In this document: one piece after another, positions 19,600 through 29,355 of the stretch
Layout: each line of letters opens with the position of its first letter
Numbering within the stretch: the first letter of the stretch is position 1
DNA from: Longimicrobiales bacterium
Lineage (GTDB): Bacteria > Gemmatimonadota > Gemmatimonadetes > Longimicrobiales > Gaopeijiaceae
Direction of reading: 5' to 3'
Length of the DNA stretch: 64,000 nt
Assembly: GCA_965202985.1 (NCBI GenBank)
Contig: CBDBCF010000002.1
Location: 544,001 to 608,000, forward strand
Program-made: the position numbers and the translations under genes
Notes under the pieces: model-generated
What the model saw: only the letters and a program-made list of their open reading frames with translations
The model's database searches: none
What the model was told of the DNA's origin: nothing

Positions 19600-21129
19600 A
19601 TGCCGACTTACGATGTGACCGACATCTACGGCAACTGGTCGGCGATCAAGGCACTGGTGGATGGCGGGCAGCTCCAGACCCCGCTGTTGCGGGAGCTTTA
19701 CGCCGAACTTCAGCGCCGAAGTCCCGACTTCAAAGGCTTCGCGGGCGACATGTTCCGCGAGATGACCGGCTACCCGTCAGACGAAAAGCTCGGCCGCCTT
19801 TCGCTGTACAACTCGTTCAACAAGCTCGTGCCAAAGCTGTCAGTCGACAAGAAGCTAGTGCGGGTGGCGCACCGATCGAATGCTAACGTATACCAGGTAA
19901 GCGCGGTAGACGCACGCCGCCCAGAGGAGCAGGCGTCGGTACACGAGGTCGCACGGAACACGAAGTCGAACCCATGGCCCAACGACATGACGAAGTCGAT
20001 TCCCCGACAGCCTCCAAGCCCGATCGACGACTCGGCGTCTCAAACCTCGCCAAAGTCTTTCGGAGATTCCGAAGACGTAGAGGGTATCGACGAGCCAAAG
20101 TCTCCTTGGAGCGGATACCCATTGGACGAACTTCTGATTCGGCCGCAAAACCGCACTGTTTACGAAGTCGTCCGGAGAATCAAGAACAAGCAGTATGTCA
20201 TGGATCCGGATTTTCAGCGCGATTTCATTTGGACAAAGGCCCAACAGAGCAAGTTGATCGAGTCTGTGATCCTGCGAATCCCCTTGCCGGTCTTCTACCT
20301 CGCCGAGGACGAGCAGGGCCGAATGGTCGTCGTCGATGGTCTCCAAAGGTTATCCACGTTCTACAGCTTTCTTGAGGACGACCTGGTGTTGCGCAGCCTG
20401 CACCGTACCGACCTCAATCGCAAACGGTTTTCGGATCTCCCGCCCAAATTGCAGAATCGGGTTGAAGACTGTGATTTGATCTTCTATACCATTGATTCCA
20501 AAGTGCCGATGCAGGCCAAATTGGACATCTTCGATCGGGTCAATGCTGGTGTGCCATTGTCCCGGCAACAGATGCGGAACTGCTTGTTGATGGGAAACGG
20601 AACAAAGTTCTTGAAGCTCGAATCCCGCTCCGAATTGTTCCAGAAGGCGACCGGCAGAAGCTTGAAGTCCGACATGATGCGGGATAGAGAGTTTGTAAAT
20701 CGATATTGCGCATTTCGTCTGGAGAGCTTGGACGATTATCGCGGCGACATGGACGATTTTCTGGTCCTTGCCCTAAAGCGTATGAACAAGATGGACGATC
20801 ACCAGCTAGCGAGCCTGTCGAAAGGGTTTCGCAACGGTCTGGAGAACAACTTCGTTGTATTTGGTCGACATGCTTTCCGTCGCCACACCCAGTCACAGCA
20901 ACATCGCAACGTTCTGAACGCATCGCTGTGGGATGTTATGTCCACTGGATTGTCGTTCTATTCCAAGGGTCAGGTCGTCGAGCAGAAACAATACCTCAAG
21001 GATGCATTCTACAACCTTTTGGACGACGAAGACTTCGATGCATCTATCACCAAGGGAACCAACAGCACGAAGCGTGTGAAATATCGATTCAGGGCAACCC
21101 GTAGAATGCTGACGAAGGTCCTGGGATGA
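19600..21129 (+). CDS. DUF262 (ParB/Srx-like) protein, Menshen NsnA-like, with ~150-aa N-terminal extension
   Basis: PDFQRDFIW, SKLIES, VVDGLQRL, IFDRVNAG DUF262 motifs; the core is lower GC (~50%). Confidence 0.85.
   Translation: MPTYDVTDIYGNWSAIKALVDGGQLQTPLLRELYAELQRRSPDFKGFAGDMFREMTGYPSDEKLGRLSLYNSFNKLVPKLSVDKKLVRVAHRSNANVYQVSAVDARRPEEQASVHEVARNTKSNPWPNDMTKSIPRQPPSPIDDSASQTSPKSFGDSEDVEGIDEPKSPWSGYPLDELLIRPQNRTVYEVVRRIKNKQYVMDPDFQRDFIWTKAQQSKLIESVILRIPLPVFYLAEDEQGRMVVVDGLQRLSTFYSFLEDDLVLRSLHRTDLNRKRFSDLPPKLQNRVEDCDLIFYTIDSKVPMQAKLDIFDRVNAGVPLSRQQMRNCLLMGNGTKFLKLESRSELFQKATGRSLKSDMMRDREFVNRYCAFRLESLDDYRGDMDDFLVLALKRMNKMDDHQLASLSKGFRNGLENNFVVFGRHAFRRHTQSQQHRNVLNASLWDVMSTGLSFYSKGQVVEQKQYLKDAFYNLLDDEDFDASITKGTNSTKRVKYRFRATRRMLTKVLG
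19618..19635 (+). repeat. Direct repeat copy 1 (ACCGACATCTACGGCAAC; codons 7-12, TDIYGN)
   Basis: 17/18 identical to 23316-23333, at the same offset from the ATG. Confidence 0.8.
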
Positions 21130-22268
21130 TCGCTCGAATCGATCTCTATCGCTTCAAGTGCTTCTCCGTCTTGAAGTTGCCTCTTTCACCGCTTACTTTA
21201 TTGTCGGGTACGAATGCATCCGGAAAATCGTCCGTATTGCAAGCACTAGCATTGCTTCATCAGACGATTCGCGAACACCAATGGTCTACGAGACTGATGC
21301 TCAACGGTCTCGCGGTTCGGCTGGGAACCGTCGCCGACGTCATTGATCAGATCGAGGGCCGGACGTCGTTCGACATTGCGCTTTGGGACGACGACGAGGA
21401 GTACCGATGGAACTTTGGAGGACATCGCACCCAGATGTCAATGGAAATCACCAGGATATCAGCAGGCGGAAAAACATATGAAGAGCCTCGACCGCTGCTC
21501 CGATTGCTACCAGAAGAGATTGGTGGTCAGTCGTTGGCCACGCGACTTCGAGATTTGAGTTACTTGACGGCAGAGAGACTTGGACCAAGGGACTACTATC
21601 CGTTGGAGGACCCACAATCGACGCCGGTTGTCGGCCCGGCCGGGGAACACACGGTGAGTGTCTTGCAGTCGGGAGAGGAAGTTCCCGTACTCGACGCCTT
21701 GGCCCTAGAGGGAACGCCGCCGACACGGTTGCGACAGGTCGAGGCACGCATGGAGAAGTTCTTCCCGAGTTGCCAGTTGGCAATCGACACGATTCCGCAC
21801 GCGAACGCGGTGCGACTCGGCATTCGCACCTCGAGCGACACCGGATTTCATCGCCCCGGTCACACCGGGTTTGGGCTGACCCAAGTCTTGCCTGTTGTGG
21901 TGGCCGCCTTGTCGTCCAAGAGCAACGGTCTGCTGTTGATCGAAAACCCGGAGGTGCATCTTCACCCGGCTGGCCAAGCGAGTATGGGACGGTTTCTGGC
22001 AGAGGTGAGTGCCGCGGGCGTTCAGGTCATTCTCGAAACCCACAGCGACCACGTCCTCAATGGCGTCCGTCGGGCGGTCAAGGACGGCAAGGTACGTCCG
22101 CAAGATGTAGCCCTGCACTTCTTCCGGTCGCGAACGGGAGGGAAGGAGACACGGCTTCCACAGGTCGAGAGTCCGAGCCTTGACGCCGACGGCAACGTTG
22201 ACGTGTGGCCCGAGGGCTTTTTCGACCAGTTCGACAAGGACATGAACTACTTCGCGGGGTGGGCGTGA
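21126..22268 (+). CDS. AAA_15/AAA_21 ABC-type ATPase with DUF3696-like C-terminus (Menshen NsnB-like)
   Basis: Walker A GTNASGKS, signature GFGLTQVLP, Walker B LLIENPEVHLHP, ETHSDH, WPEGFFDQ; ATGA coupling. Confidence 0.88.
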   Translation: MIARIDLYRFKCFSVLKLPLSPLTLLSGTNASGKSSVLQALALLHQTIREHQWSTRLMLNGLAVRLGTVADVIDQIEGRTSFDIALWDDDEEYRWNFGGHRTQMSMEITRISAGGKTYEEPRPLLRLLPEEIGGQSLATRLRDLSYLTAERLGPRDYYPLEDPQSTPVVGPAGEHTVSVLQSGEEVPVLDALALEGTPPTRLRQVEARMEKFFPSCQLAIDTIPHANAVRLGIRTSSDTGFHRPGHTGFGLTQVLPVVVAALSSKSNGLLLIENPEVHLHPAGQASMGRFLAEVSAAGVQVILETHSDHVLNGVRRAVKDGKVRPQDVALHFFRSRTGGKETRLPQVESPSLDADGNVDVWPEGFFDQFDKDMNYFAGWA

Positions 22269-22269
22269 G

Positions 22270-23226
22270 GTGGACCTTTTTGCCAACGACCGGTCAATTC
22301 ATCACCAGTTTCAGGACTTGTCTTTGTTTCGCGAGGCAATATTGCGACTTGCTGACATGCGTAGAGTTGCGAGGCGCTGGGGTCAAGAAGTCTACTGCAG
22401 TCGCGAGATGGCCCAGGTCGAGCCGGTGCGGGACGTTCCCATGCCGAAAGCGATTCAACGGCTGTCGCATCCGGAGAAGAACGCTGTGATGTCGTGGTTG
22501 ACCCGAGCGGGGCCGTTCTGGGACGACTTCGATCGCCACGGAAGAGACGAGTGGCTGGAATGCGACAGCGACGTTGTGACCGACTCCGCTGTTGCCGAGG
22601 CGGCCTTTCGCAGCATTCACGGCTTTCCATCCGGGCTGATCAGCGCTGATCCTTCGGCGTGGACCCGGTCTCCCGTTCGGGTGACGTGGCGCGTCAATGA
22701 CGACACGGTCCGCCAGGCGGTGGACATCGAGAACTGGTGGGACCAGACCGCGCTACTCGCGGCACTCGAGAATGCCGCCCCTCATCCGACCTCTTGGGAC
22801 GAACTTTATAGGGTTGCGACACGCAGGTTTAGCAGGCTCTTTTTTTGCAAGGACTGCTTCGACCCGCTCAAGGGCCTTCCGTTTGCGAGCGGAGCGGCGG
22901 GTCACCTTGGGGTCCTTCTAGGAATCCTCGACCGCTTCGCGGGCTGCTTTGACGAGGGCGGGCGTCGTACGTCCGAAGGTCATCGACTGGTGGAACAGTA
23001 CTTCACCGGGGACAGCGCGCTGTTTTCGGATTCGTCGGATTCGGAGAAGCGGCAGTTTCGACGTCAACTTACGTTTCGCGATGAATCTTTGCCCGGCGGA
23101 AGAACGATCTGCGGCTGGCACGGCAAGATGAAGCGCCACACGATCCGGTTTCACTTTTCGTGGCCGGTGCGGGCGAACGAACGGATCAGCGTCGTCTACG
23201 TGGGACCAAAGCTCACCAAGTCCTAG
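22270..23226 (+). CDS. Putative effector (NsnC-like) with RelE-like C-terminal domain
   Basis: 1-nt gap after the ATPase; C-terminus CGWHGK...RFHFSWP...VVYVGPKLTK resembles RelE-fold nucleases. Confidence 0.6.
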   Translation: MDLFANDRSIHHQFQDLSLFREAILRLADMRRVARRWGQEVYCSREMAQVEPVRDVPMPKAIQRLSHPEKNAVMSWLTRAGPFWDDFDRHGRDEWLECDSDVVTDSAVAEAAFRSIHGFPSGLISADPSAWTRSPVRVTWRVNDDTVRQAVDIENWWDQTALLAALENAAPHPTSWDELYRVATRRFSRLFFCKDCFDPLKGLPFASGAAGHLGVLLGILDRFAGCFDEGGRRTSEGHRLVEQYFTGDSALFSDSSDSEKRQFRRQLTFRDESLPGGRTICGWHGKMKRHTIRFHFSWPVRANERISVVYVGPKLTKS

Positions 23227-23297
23227 CGCAGTGTTGGAGAACAAGCTAGCGTACCGTAGTGGAAACCAGTGTCGTGCCCGGAAGCAAGGAGTAGAGA

Positions 23298-24128
23298 ATG
23301 CGACATCGAGACAGAACTGACATCTACGGCAACACTGTTGGACACCAGCCGAGTTCCGTTCCTCGAGTGCGGGATCTCTACTGGCCCACATTGTTGGCGC
23401 TTAGATCGTTCGGTGGTCTGCCAGCGACGAAGTCCGAGGTCATGGCTTGGGTGGCCGACCACTTGCGACTTCCGGGCTCCGTGGTTCGGCTTCTTCACCG
23501 AGAGGACGGCAGCAGCCCCGAGACGGAACTTGGCTACCGCATCACGTGGGCGCTGAGCGGACTCAAGAAGATCGACACCGCCCACAATCCGGTCCGGGCC
23601 CATTGGGTGGTCACCGATTTTGGCAGGAATATCAGAGACGAGCAGCAACTCCAAGAACTGAACGACGCCTTCCGGCGGCAACATCGGGTCCACCGGAGAG
23701 CCCCGGCGAGCAGGAACACGCGGGACTGGGTTCTGGCGTCAATGCGGATGCTCGTCGCTGCTGGCGTCGCTGAGCCGTCGCTGGACCAGATCGAGTACGC
23801 TGCCAAGGCCGTCGGCTGGAATGGCGCCAGCAGATCCCTCCGGAACGCGACGTGGAATGCGAAGCGTGAGGGACTTCTCATCGCCGCGGGGCATGGGCGC
23901 TACAGACTGGCGGAGACGGCACCCCGCGGGAACTTGCCAGCGCAGCAGCCCGCCGCGGGGTCGGTCAACAAACCCGGGAATGTGCCAGCCGAGGTGCCCG
24001 CGGACGATCCGGTCCCCGAACCGGCGGCAGTGGGCAACCCCGATGATGCGCTGGTGCAGTGCGTGAAGAGGCTGTCAGACGTCGTGGAGGAACTGAGGGA
24101 CGCGGTTGACGGCTTGGCCGGGAGATAG
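23298..24128 (+). CDS. Mrr N-terminal-like winged-helix protein with a second wHTH, no nuclease domain
   Basis: SD AAGGAG; VPRVRDLYWPTLLALR...ELGYRITWALSGLKK...RAHWVVTDFG matches the Mrr_N pattern; second helix-wing segment ends AGHGRYRL; no PD-(D/E)xK region. Confidence 0.7.
   Translation: MRHRDRTDIYGNTVGHQPSSVPRVRDLYWPTLLALRSFGGLPATKSEVMAWVADHLRLPGSVVRLLHREDGSSPETELGYRITWALSGLKKIDTAHNPVRAHWVVTDFGRNIRDEQQLQELNDAFRRQHRVHRRAPASRNTRDWVLASMRMLVAAGVAEPSLDQIEYAAKAVGWNGASRSLRNATWNAKREGLLIAAGHGRYRLAETAPRGNLPAQQPAAGSVNKPGNVPAEVPADDPVPEPAAVGNPDDALVQCVKRLSDVVEELRDAVDGLAGR
23316..23333 (+). repeat. Direct repeat copy 2 (ACTGACATCTACGGCAAC; codons 7-12, TDIYGN)
   Basis: 17/18 identical to 19618-19635. 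Confidence 0.8.
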
Positions 24129-24144
24129 CTGGCCGGCGTTACGC

Positions 24145-25011
24145 TCACACGAACTCCACGCCCTCCATCTCGCCGAACCGTTGCACCATGATCTCCACGG
24201 CCTCCGGGTTGTTGTCGACGAGGACGAAGCGGCGGTCTAGCTCGTGGGCGGCTGCCCCGAGGGTTCCGCTGCCCGCAAAGGGATCGAGAACGAGGTCGCC
24301 GGGGCGCGACGACGCCTGCACGATGCGCCGGACCACGCCCAAGGGCTTCTGCGTCGGGTAGCCGGTGCGCTCCTTGCCGCTGGTCGGGACGATGGTGTGC
24401 CACCACGTGTCGGTGGGCAGCTTGCCGCGGGCGGCTTTTTCGGGTCCCACGAGTCCGGGCACCATGTAGGGGATGCGCTCCACGGCCTCCGAGTCGAAGA
24501 AGTAGCGGTCGGGGTCCTTGGCGTAGAAGAGGATGTTGTCGTGCTTGGCGGGCCACCGGCGCTTGGGGCGGCCGCCGAAGTCGTAGGCCCAGATGATCTC
24601 GTTGACGAAGCACTCGCGGCCGAAGATGTCGTCGAGCAGGACCTTGGCGTAGTGAACCTCGCGGTAGTCCAGGTGCAGGTAGAGGGAACCGGTGGGCGCC
24701 AGCAGGCGGTGGGCTTCGCGCATCCGGGGAGCCAGGAAGGCGCCGTAGTCGTCGAAGGCGTCGTCGAAGGCGCGGGTCTTGCCCTGCTCGGTTCGATAGC
24801 GCTGGCCCTGGAAGCCGGTGCGGTCACCGGCGGGATCGCGGACGGTGCGGAGGCGCGTTCGGGCTTGGGCGCGGCCGGTGTTGAAGGGCGGGTCCGCGTA
24901 GACGAGGTCCACAGAGCCGGAGGGCATCCGGCGCAGGACGGGAAGGCTGTCGCCGAAGTGCACTCGGCCTCGGACGGCGGCTTGACCGGCTCGCTGGGGC
25001 TTGGGGCTCAA
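24145..25011 (-). CDS. Orphan N6/N4 DNA methyltransferase (beta class)
   Basis: DPPF catalytic motif precedes YPTQKP and DPFAGSGT; TTG start overlaps the kynU stop (alternative GTG at 24963). Confidence 0.88.
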   Translation of the reverse strand: MSPKPQRAGQAAVRGRVHFGDSLPVLRRMPSGSVDLVYADPPFNTGRAQARTRLRTVRDPAGDRTGFQGQRYRTEQGKTRAFDDAFDDYGAFLAPRMREAHRLLAPTGSLYLHLDYREVHYAKVLLDDIFGRECFVNEIIWAYDFGGRPKRRWPAKHDNILFYAKDPDRYFFDSEAVERIPYMVPGLVGPEKAARGKLPTDTWWHTIVPTSGKERTGYPTQKPLGVVRRIVQASSRPGDLVLDPFAGSGTLGAAAHELDRRFVLVDNNPEAVEIMVQRFGEMEGVEFV

Positions 25012-26213
25012 CGGGGCGCGAGCTGGGATGCGACTTCGCCCAGTGCGGCGGCCGCGTCGTCCAGCTGGGCGTCGGTCACGTAGGGGGCCGGCCCCAGACG
25101 GAGCAGGCTGCCCCGATGGTCCACGTAGACGCCCCGCTCGCGCAGAAGGCGGACGAAGTCGGCGGCGAACGGGGTCTCCAGCACGAGAAAGCCGCCCTTG
25201 CGATCCAGGGGGACGGCACGGTCGCGGGAGAGCACGGCGGGGTCCAGGTCTAGGGCGTCTACGGCGGTGGCCAAGCGGCGAATCTGGGCCAAGTTGGATG
25301 CGCGAAGGCGGTCGGCGGTCAGGCCGTGCTCCGCGAAGAACTGGAAGACGGCGGCGGCGCGGTAGTGGCTGACGGGGTCGTAGGTCGCGCCCGCGAAGCG
25401 CACGTGGCCGGTGCCGTAGCGGACCGGAGGGCTGGGCCGGGCCAAGCCGCCCTCGGACTCTGGCGCAGGCGCTTGGGCCAGCGTGCCGAACTCGGCGAAC
25501 CAGCCCGTGAGGACCGGGCGCAGGGCGCACTCGGCGGGAAACCGCAAGAAGCAGTTCCCTTCCCCGAGCTGACAGTACTTGTAGCCGCCGCCCACCACGA
25601 ACGCGCTGCCCAGCCCCGTCTCGCGCACCGAGAACGGTACTGCCGCCAAGGAGTGGTAGGCGTCCACGAGGAGCTCGGCGCCGACCTGCGCGCAGGCATC
25701 CGCCACGCGGCCCAGCCCATCGACGATCGTCGCGTCCCGGAAGAGGACCGACGACACGAGAACCGCGGCCGTTCGCTCGTCCACGGCGCTCCCCAGCCGG
25801 TCGGCCACGCCCGCGTCCCCGCTGCTCAACGTCGCGACTTCGACGCCTTCCTCGCGCAACCGGCCCAGCTGGCGGCGGATCGTGCGAAACTCCCCGTCGG
25901 TGGTGACCAGACGCGGACGCTCGCGCAGGGGCAGCGCGGACAGGAAGCGGACCACGAGCTCGTGCGTGTTCTGGCCGAGGGCGATGTGGCCGTCCGGGTC
26001 GTCCAGAAGCCGCCGGAAGCCGGCCCGCACCTTGTCGGCCATCGCGAAGGCGCGGTCCCACTTGTCGTCCACCAGCTCGGCCGCGTCCAGCCACGCCTGC
26101 TGCTGGGCGTCGAAGCCCACGTCGGGCCATGCTTGGTGCGAGTGGCCCGTAAGCAGGACCCGCTCCCCGACTCGGAATCGGGCGTAGCGGCGGGCCAGGT
26201 CCTCAGGCCGCAC
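25008..26213 (-). CDS. kynU: Kynureninase (PLP, aminotransferase class V)
   Basis: LLTGHSHQAWPD, DAYHS, GGYKY, TGWFAEF, LRLGPAPY; pathway context with TDO. Confidence 0.78.
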   Translation of the reverse strand: MRPEDLARRYARFRVGERVLLTGHSHQAWPDVGFDAQQQAWLDAAELVDDKWDRAFAMADKVRAGFRRLLDDPDGHIALGQNTHELVVRFLSALPLRERPRLVTTDGEFRTIRRQLGRLREEGVEVATLSSGDAGVADRLGSAVDERTAAVLVSSVLFRDATIVDGLGRVADACAQVGAELLVDAYHSLAAVPFSVRETGLGSAFVVGGGYKYCQLGEGNCFLRFPAECALRPVLTGWFAEFGTLAQAPAPESEGGLARPSPPVRYGTGHVRFAGATYDPVSHYRAAAVFQFFAEHGLTADRLRASNLAQIRRLATAVDALDLDPAVLSRDRAVPLDRKGGFLVLETPFAADFVRLLRERGVYVDHRGSLLRLGPAPYVTDAQLDDAAAALGEVASQLAPR

Positions 26214-29200
26214 CGGCGGCGGCCCGTTGGCCGAGGATGATCGAGATGTAGTCGTATTCGTCCGTGCGCTCCGGAAAGACGATGTGGGCCTGCGCAAATC
26301 GCTCGCGCGTCCACGTGCCGTCGTCGTACGACCGGCGCAGATCCTCGTAGGGCGTGTTCGAAACAATGTAGGAATCCAGGGAGACGTTCTTCGTCCGGGA
26401 CCGGGCGGCGGCGTTGCGCGCCAACGCGGGCAGGCGCTCGTGCAGGCGGGCCTTGTCGTCGTGCCGATACGCCCGCGCGTGGACCATGCCGTGGGGCTCC
26501 ACGAACACCACCCGCTGGGCCGGCCCTTCCTTGATCCACAGGATGAAGTCCGGGTAGAAGCCGCGCGTGTCGAAGAAGCCGATTCCCCTGCCCTGCGTCA
26601 GGTTTCGCAACAGGAAGAGCTCCCTGCCCCTGCCGAAGTCGTCCACATGCGCTCGACACCGGGCACGCAGGTCTTCGACGAACTGCGCTTCGCCGGCGTT
26701 GAGCCCCGGAGGCGTGGTCTGGATGCGGGCGTCCCGATCGACCAGCAGCGGCTGATACAGATGCCGGTCGAAGTAGATGCCGGGCAGGTCCGCCGTGGCC
26801 GTTCGATAGATGCGATCGCCTTCCGCGATCAGCTCCCGTATCGCTTCCACCAGCGCCGTCTCGCCGCGGGGCACACGAACCGCGTAGCGGGGGAAGTTCG
26901 CGTCCCGCTCGCTCACCTTGTCGTACACGACCTGCTCGGTGTCCCACCGCTCGCGACGAACGCGGCAGAACTTGTCCACGTACTTCTTCAGAACCGTCAG
27001 CACGACATCTTCGAGAAGCTGCATGTCCTCGACGCTCGTTGGGACCGAAACGTGTTCGTCTGCGATCAGGTCGTAGAGCCCGCGTCCTTCCTCCGATTCG
27101 ACGATCCTCCTTGTCGCTTGGGAGTCGAGAGCAAGGTTCGCCAGCCCCTGGCCGTCCGCATACTCGACCAGCTCCAGGTGGACCTTCTGCCAGTCGACCA
27201 GGGCAAGGCTCGTTGCCGGGATCGACTGGGACTGCCCCGACCGGGCGTCGCGGTCCCTAATGCCGTCTTCGTCGGCGTCCAACGTACGCACGCGCACGGA
27301 CTTGTCCACGCGCACCCGGATCGCATCGTCGCGCTCGAGAAACACGTCCTCCTCGTCCACAAAGGAGCGTTCGTCGGGCATCCGGGGAACGAGCAGGCCC
27401 CGGTCCAGGAACGCGCGGTTGGGCTTCGCGTCCAGGCGAAGCTCCACCACGTCCCGCGTGTCCACGCCCTCCTGCTCCAAGTAGTTGCGGAACTGGAACA
27501 TGTAGTCGGCGCGGACGGCGAAGATGTCCAGCGTTTCCAGGAGCTTCACGTCGGGCGGGTGCTCGCCGTCCAGAGCGGAGCTCCGCTTGAGACCGAAGCC
27601 CTTGCCGCGCAGACGGACCCCGCGTCCGAAGAGCTGGATGATCTGCGACCCCTCCGTGCGACCGATGTTCATCAGCCCCATGTTCGCGACCCGCCAGGAG
27701 TTCCAGCCCTCCATGAACTTTCTGGCGCCGACCAGGACGTTGACGCCGCCCTCGGGGTCGGCGATGCCCTCGAAGAGCGAGTCGCCGACGACGTCGTGCT
27801 CGAAGACGAAGCCGGGGTCGTCCTGCCGGGCAAGCTTGACGAACGCTCCGACGTCGCCGATGTAGATCACGCCGAAGCAGCGGTCGGCCGTGCTCGCCCG
27901 AAGGCCGATCTCTCCCCGGCTGCCGCGCATCGACCCCAGGTGAAGGCCGCCCGAGGCCGATGCGTGAAACACTCGCGCCAATACGTCTCGATACAGGGCC
28001 TCTGCCGACAGACCGTCCTCGCGTAGGGACGCGAACCTGTCCGCGAACACGTCCCGTCCGTCGGCTCTTCGCAATCCGCTGTCGCCTTCCAGAAGCCTGG
28101 ACGCCGTCTCGACCGCCCAGCCGTCTGGGTTCGCGAGCACGCGGTGGAAGAAGCGAGCCACCGTCAGCACGTCGCTTCTCTTCTGCTTTCGCAGGGAGTA
28201 GACGGCGTTGACGGTGCCCCCGACGAACACCCACAGCGGATGCTCGAGGTTGTAGGGTCGAATCGCGGGCTCGTGCTCGTCGAAGGCCCGCATCTGCTCG
28301 TAGAACGACAGCAGGTTGCCGAGGAGCAGCGTGTCGGTCGCGTCCTGCTCCCGTTCCTCTTGCAGGTTCAGGATGCGGAAGTCCTTGCCGTATCCGTCGC
28401 TGTGGAAGTACCGATACGAGTAGTCGAAGCCGATCGACTTGCCGTACTCCGCCGTCAGCTTCTGGTTTCGCGCCGACGCCAAGGCTTGGCCGAAGGTGGC
28501 GCTGTACTCGAAGGTGAAGCCGCCCTTCCCGACCGCTTCGCGCGCCCTTCGCCACGCCTCGCCGCCCGTGCCTCGGTGCCCTTCGTCGACAAAGACCAGG
28601 TTGGCGCCCTCGAACGCCTCCACGGGGACGCTGGCGCCGCCGCCCCGCTTCTTCTCGACGAGCTTGGTGATCTCGACCACCTGCACCGTGTCCCTGTCGA
28701 GCGCCAGCAGGCCGCTGTCGTCGAGGTCGAAGCGCCGGCACGGGATCCCCGACGCGCGCATCTCGGCGATGTGCTGGCGGGTCAGGCCCTCGTTCGGCGT
28801 GACGAGCACGATGTTGTCGAGCGGCCGAGCGTTGTAGTGCAGGAACTGGCGGTAGTTGACGTGCATGATCAGCGTCTTGCCGCTGCCCGTCGCCATCCAG
28901 TAGGCGAGTCGGCGAAGGTCCGACGTTTGCATCGTCGGAAATCGGTCGTCGTACGTCTTGTACTGGTTGCGCTTGTAGGCCGCCTCGTTCAGCGACTCGA
29001 CCAGATCCGCGGGACGCCGAAGGGCCCAGTCCAAGTAGAGCTCCGTGTACAACGCCGCCGCGTGCTGAAAGTAGCGGAACACGATCGGGCGGCCACGGCC
29101 CGCGTTCACGGCTCGCAGGTGGGCCCGAATGTTCTGGTCGTAGCGGACCAAGTCCTCCAAGGGCGCCTTCGCGCGCCGTCCCCGCGACTCCAGACGTCTG

Positions 29201-29355
29201 TGGACGTAGCTCCTTCCGGTGTCGTCGTAGCCTTCCGCGCACTCCTTCAAATCGGCTAGCATTTCTTGGTTCGTCTTGTAGCCGAACTGCTCGTGAAGCC
29301 ACGCGAGAAGAACCAGCCGCCGATCCAGCTTGGTCTTCGAGGTCCGCTTCGTCAC
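26203..29355 (-). CDS. Type III restriction enzyme Res subunit (SF2 helicase + PD-(D/E)xK)
   Basis: MATGSGKT, DEGH, YSATF, QLFGRGVRL, C-terminal PDFILW...VEPHG; GTGA coupling to mod. Confidence 0.9.
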   Translation of the reverse strand: MTKRTSKTKLDRRLVLLAWLHEQFGYKTNQEMLADLKECAEGYDDTGRSYVHRRLESRGRRAKAPLEDLVRYDQNIRAHLRAVNAGRGRPIVFRYFQHAAALYTELYLDWALRRPADLVESLNEAAYKRNQYKTYDDRFPTMQTSDLRRLAYWMATGSGKTLIMHVNYRQFLHYNARPLDNIVLVTPNEGLTRQHIAEMRASGIPCRRFDLDDSGLLALDRDTVQVVEITKLVEKKRGGGASVPVEAFEGANLVFVDEGHRGTGGEAWRRAREAVGKGGFTFEYSATFGQALASARNQKLTAEYGKSIGFDYSYRYFHSDGYGKDFRILNLQEEREQDATDTLLLGNLLSFYEQMRAFDEHEPAIRPYNLEHPLWVFVGGTVNAVYSLRKQKRSDVLTVARFFHRVLANPDGWAVETASRLLEGDSGLRRADGRDVFADRFASLREDGLSAEALYRDVLARVFHASASGGLHLGSMRGSRGEIGLRASTADRCFGVIYIGDVGAFVKLARQDDPGFVFEHDVVGDSLFEGIADPEGGVNVLVGARKFMEGWNSWRVANMGLMNIGRTEGSQIIQLFGRGVRLRGKGFGLKRSSALDGEHPPDVKLLETLDIFAVRADYMFQFRNYLEQEGVDTRDVVELRLDAKPNRAFLDRGLLVPRMPDERSFVDEEDVFLERDDAIRVRVDKSVRVRTLDADEDGIRDRDARSGQSQSIPATSLALVDWQKVHLELVEYADGQGLANLALDSQATRRIVESEEGRGLYDLIADEHVSVPTSVEDMQLLEDVVLTVLKKYVDKFCRVRRERWDTEQVVYDKVSERDANFPRYAVRVPRGETALVEAIRELIAEGDRIYRTATADLPGIYFDRHLYQPLLVDRDARIQTTPPGLNAGEAQFVEDLRARCRAHVDDFGRGRELFLLRNLTQGRGIGFFDTRGFYPDFILWIKEGPAQRVVFVEPHGMVHARAYRHDDKARLHERLPALARNAAARSRTKNVSLDSYIVSNTPYEDLRRSYDDGTWTRERFAQAHIVFPERTDEYDYISIILGQRAAAGAA

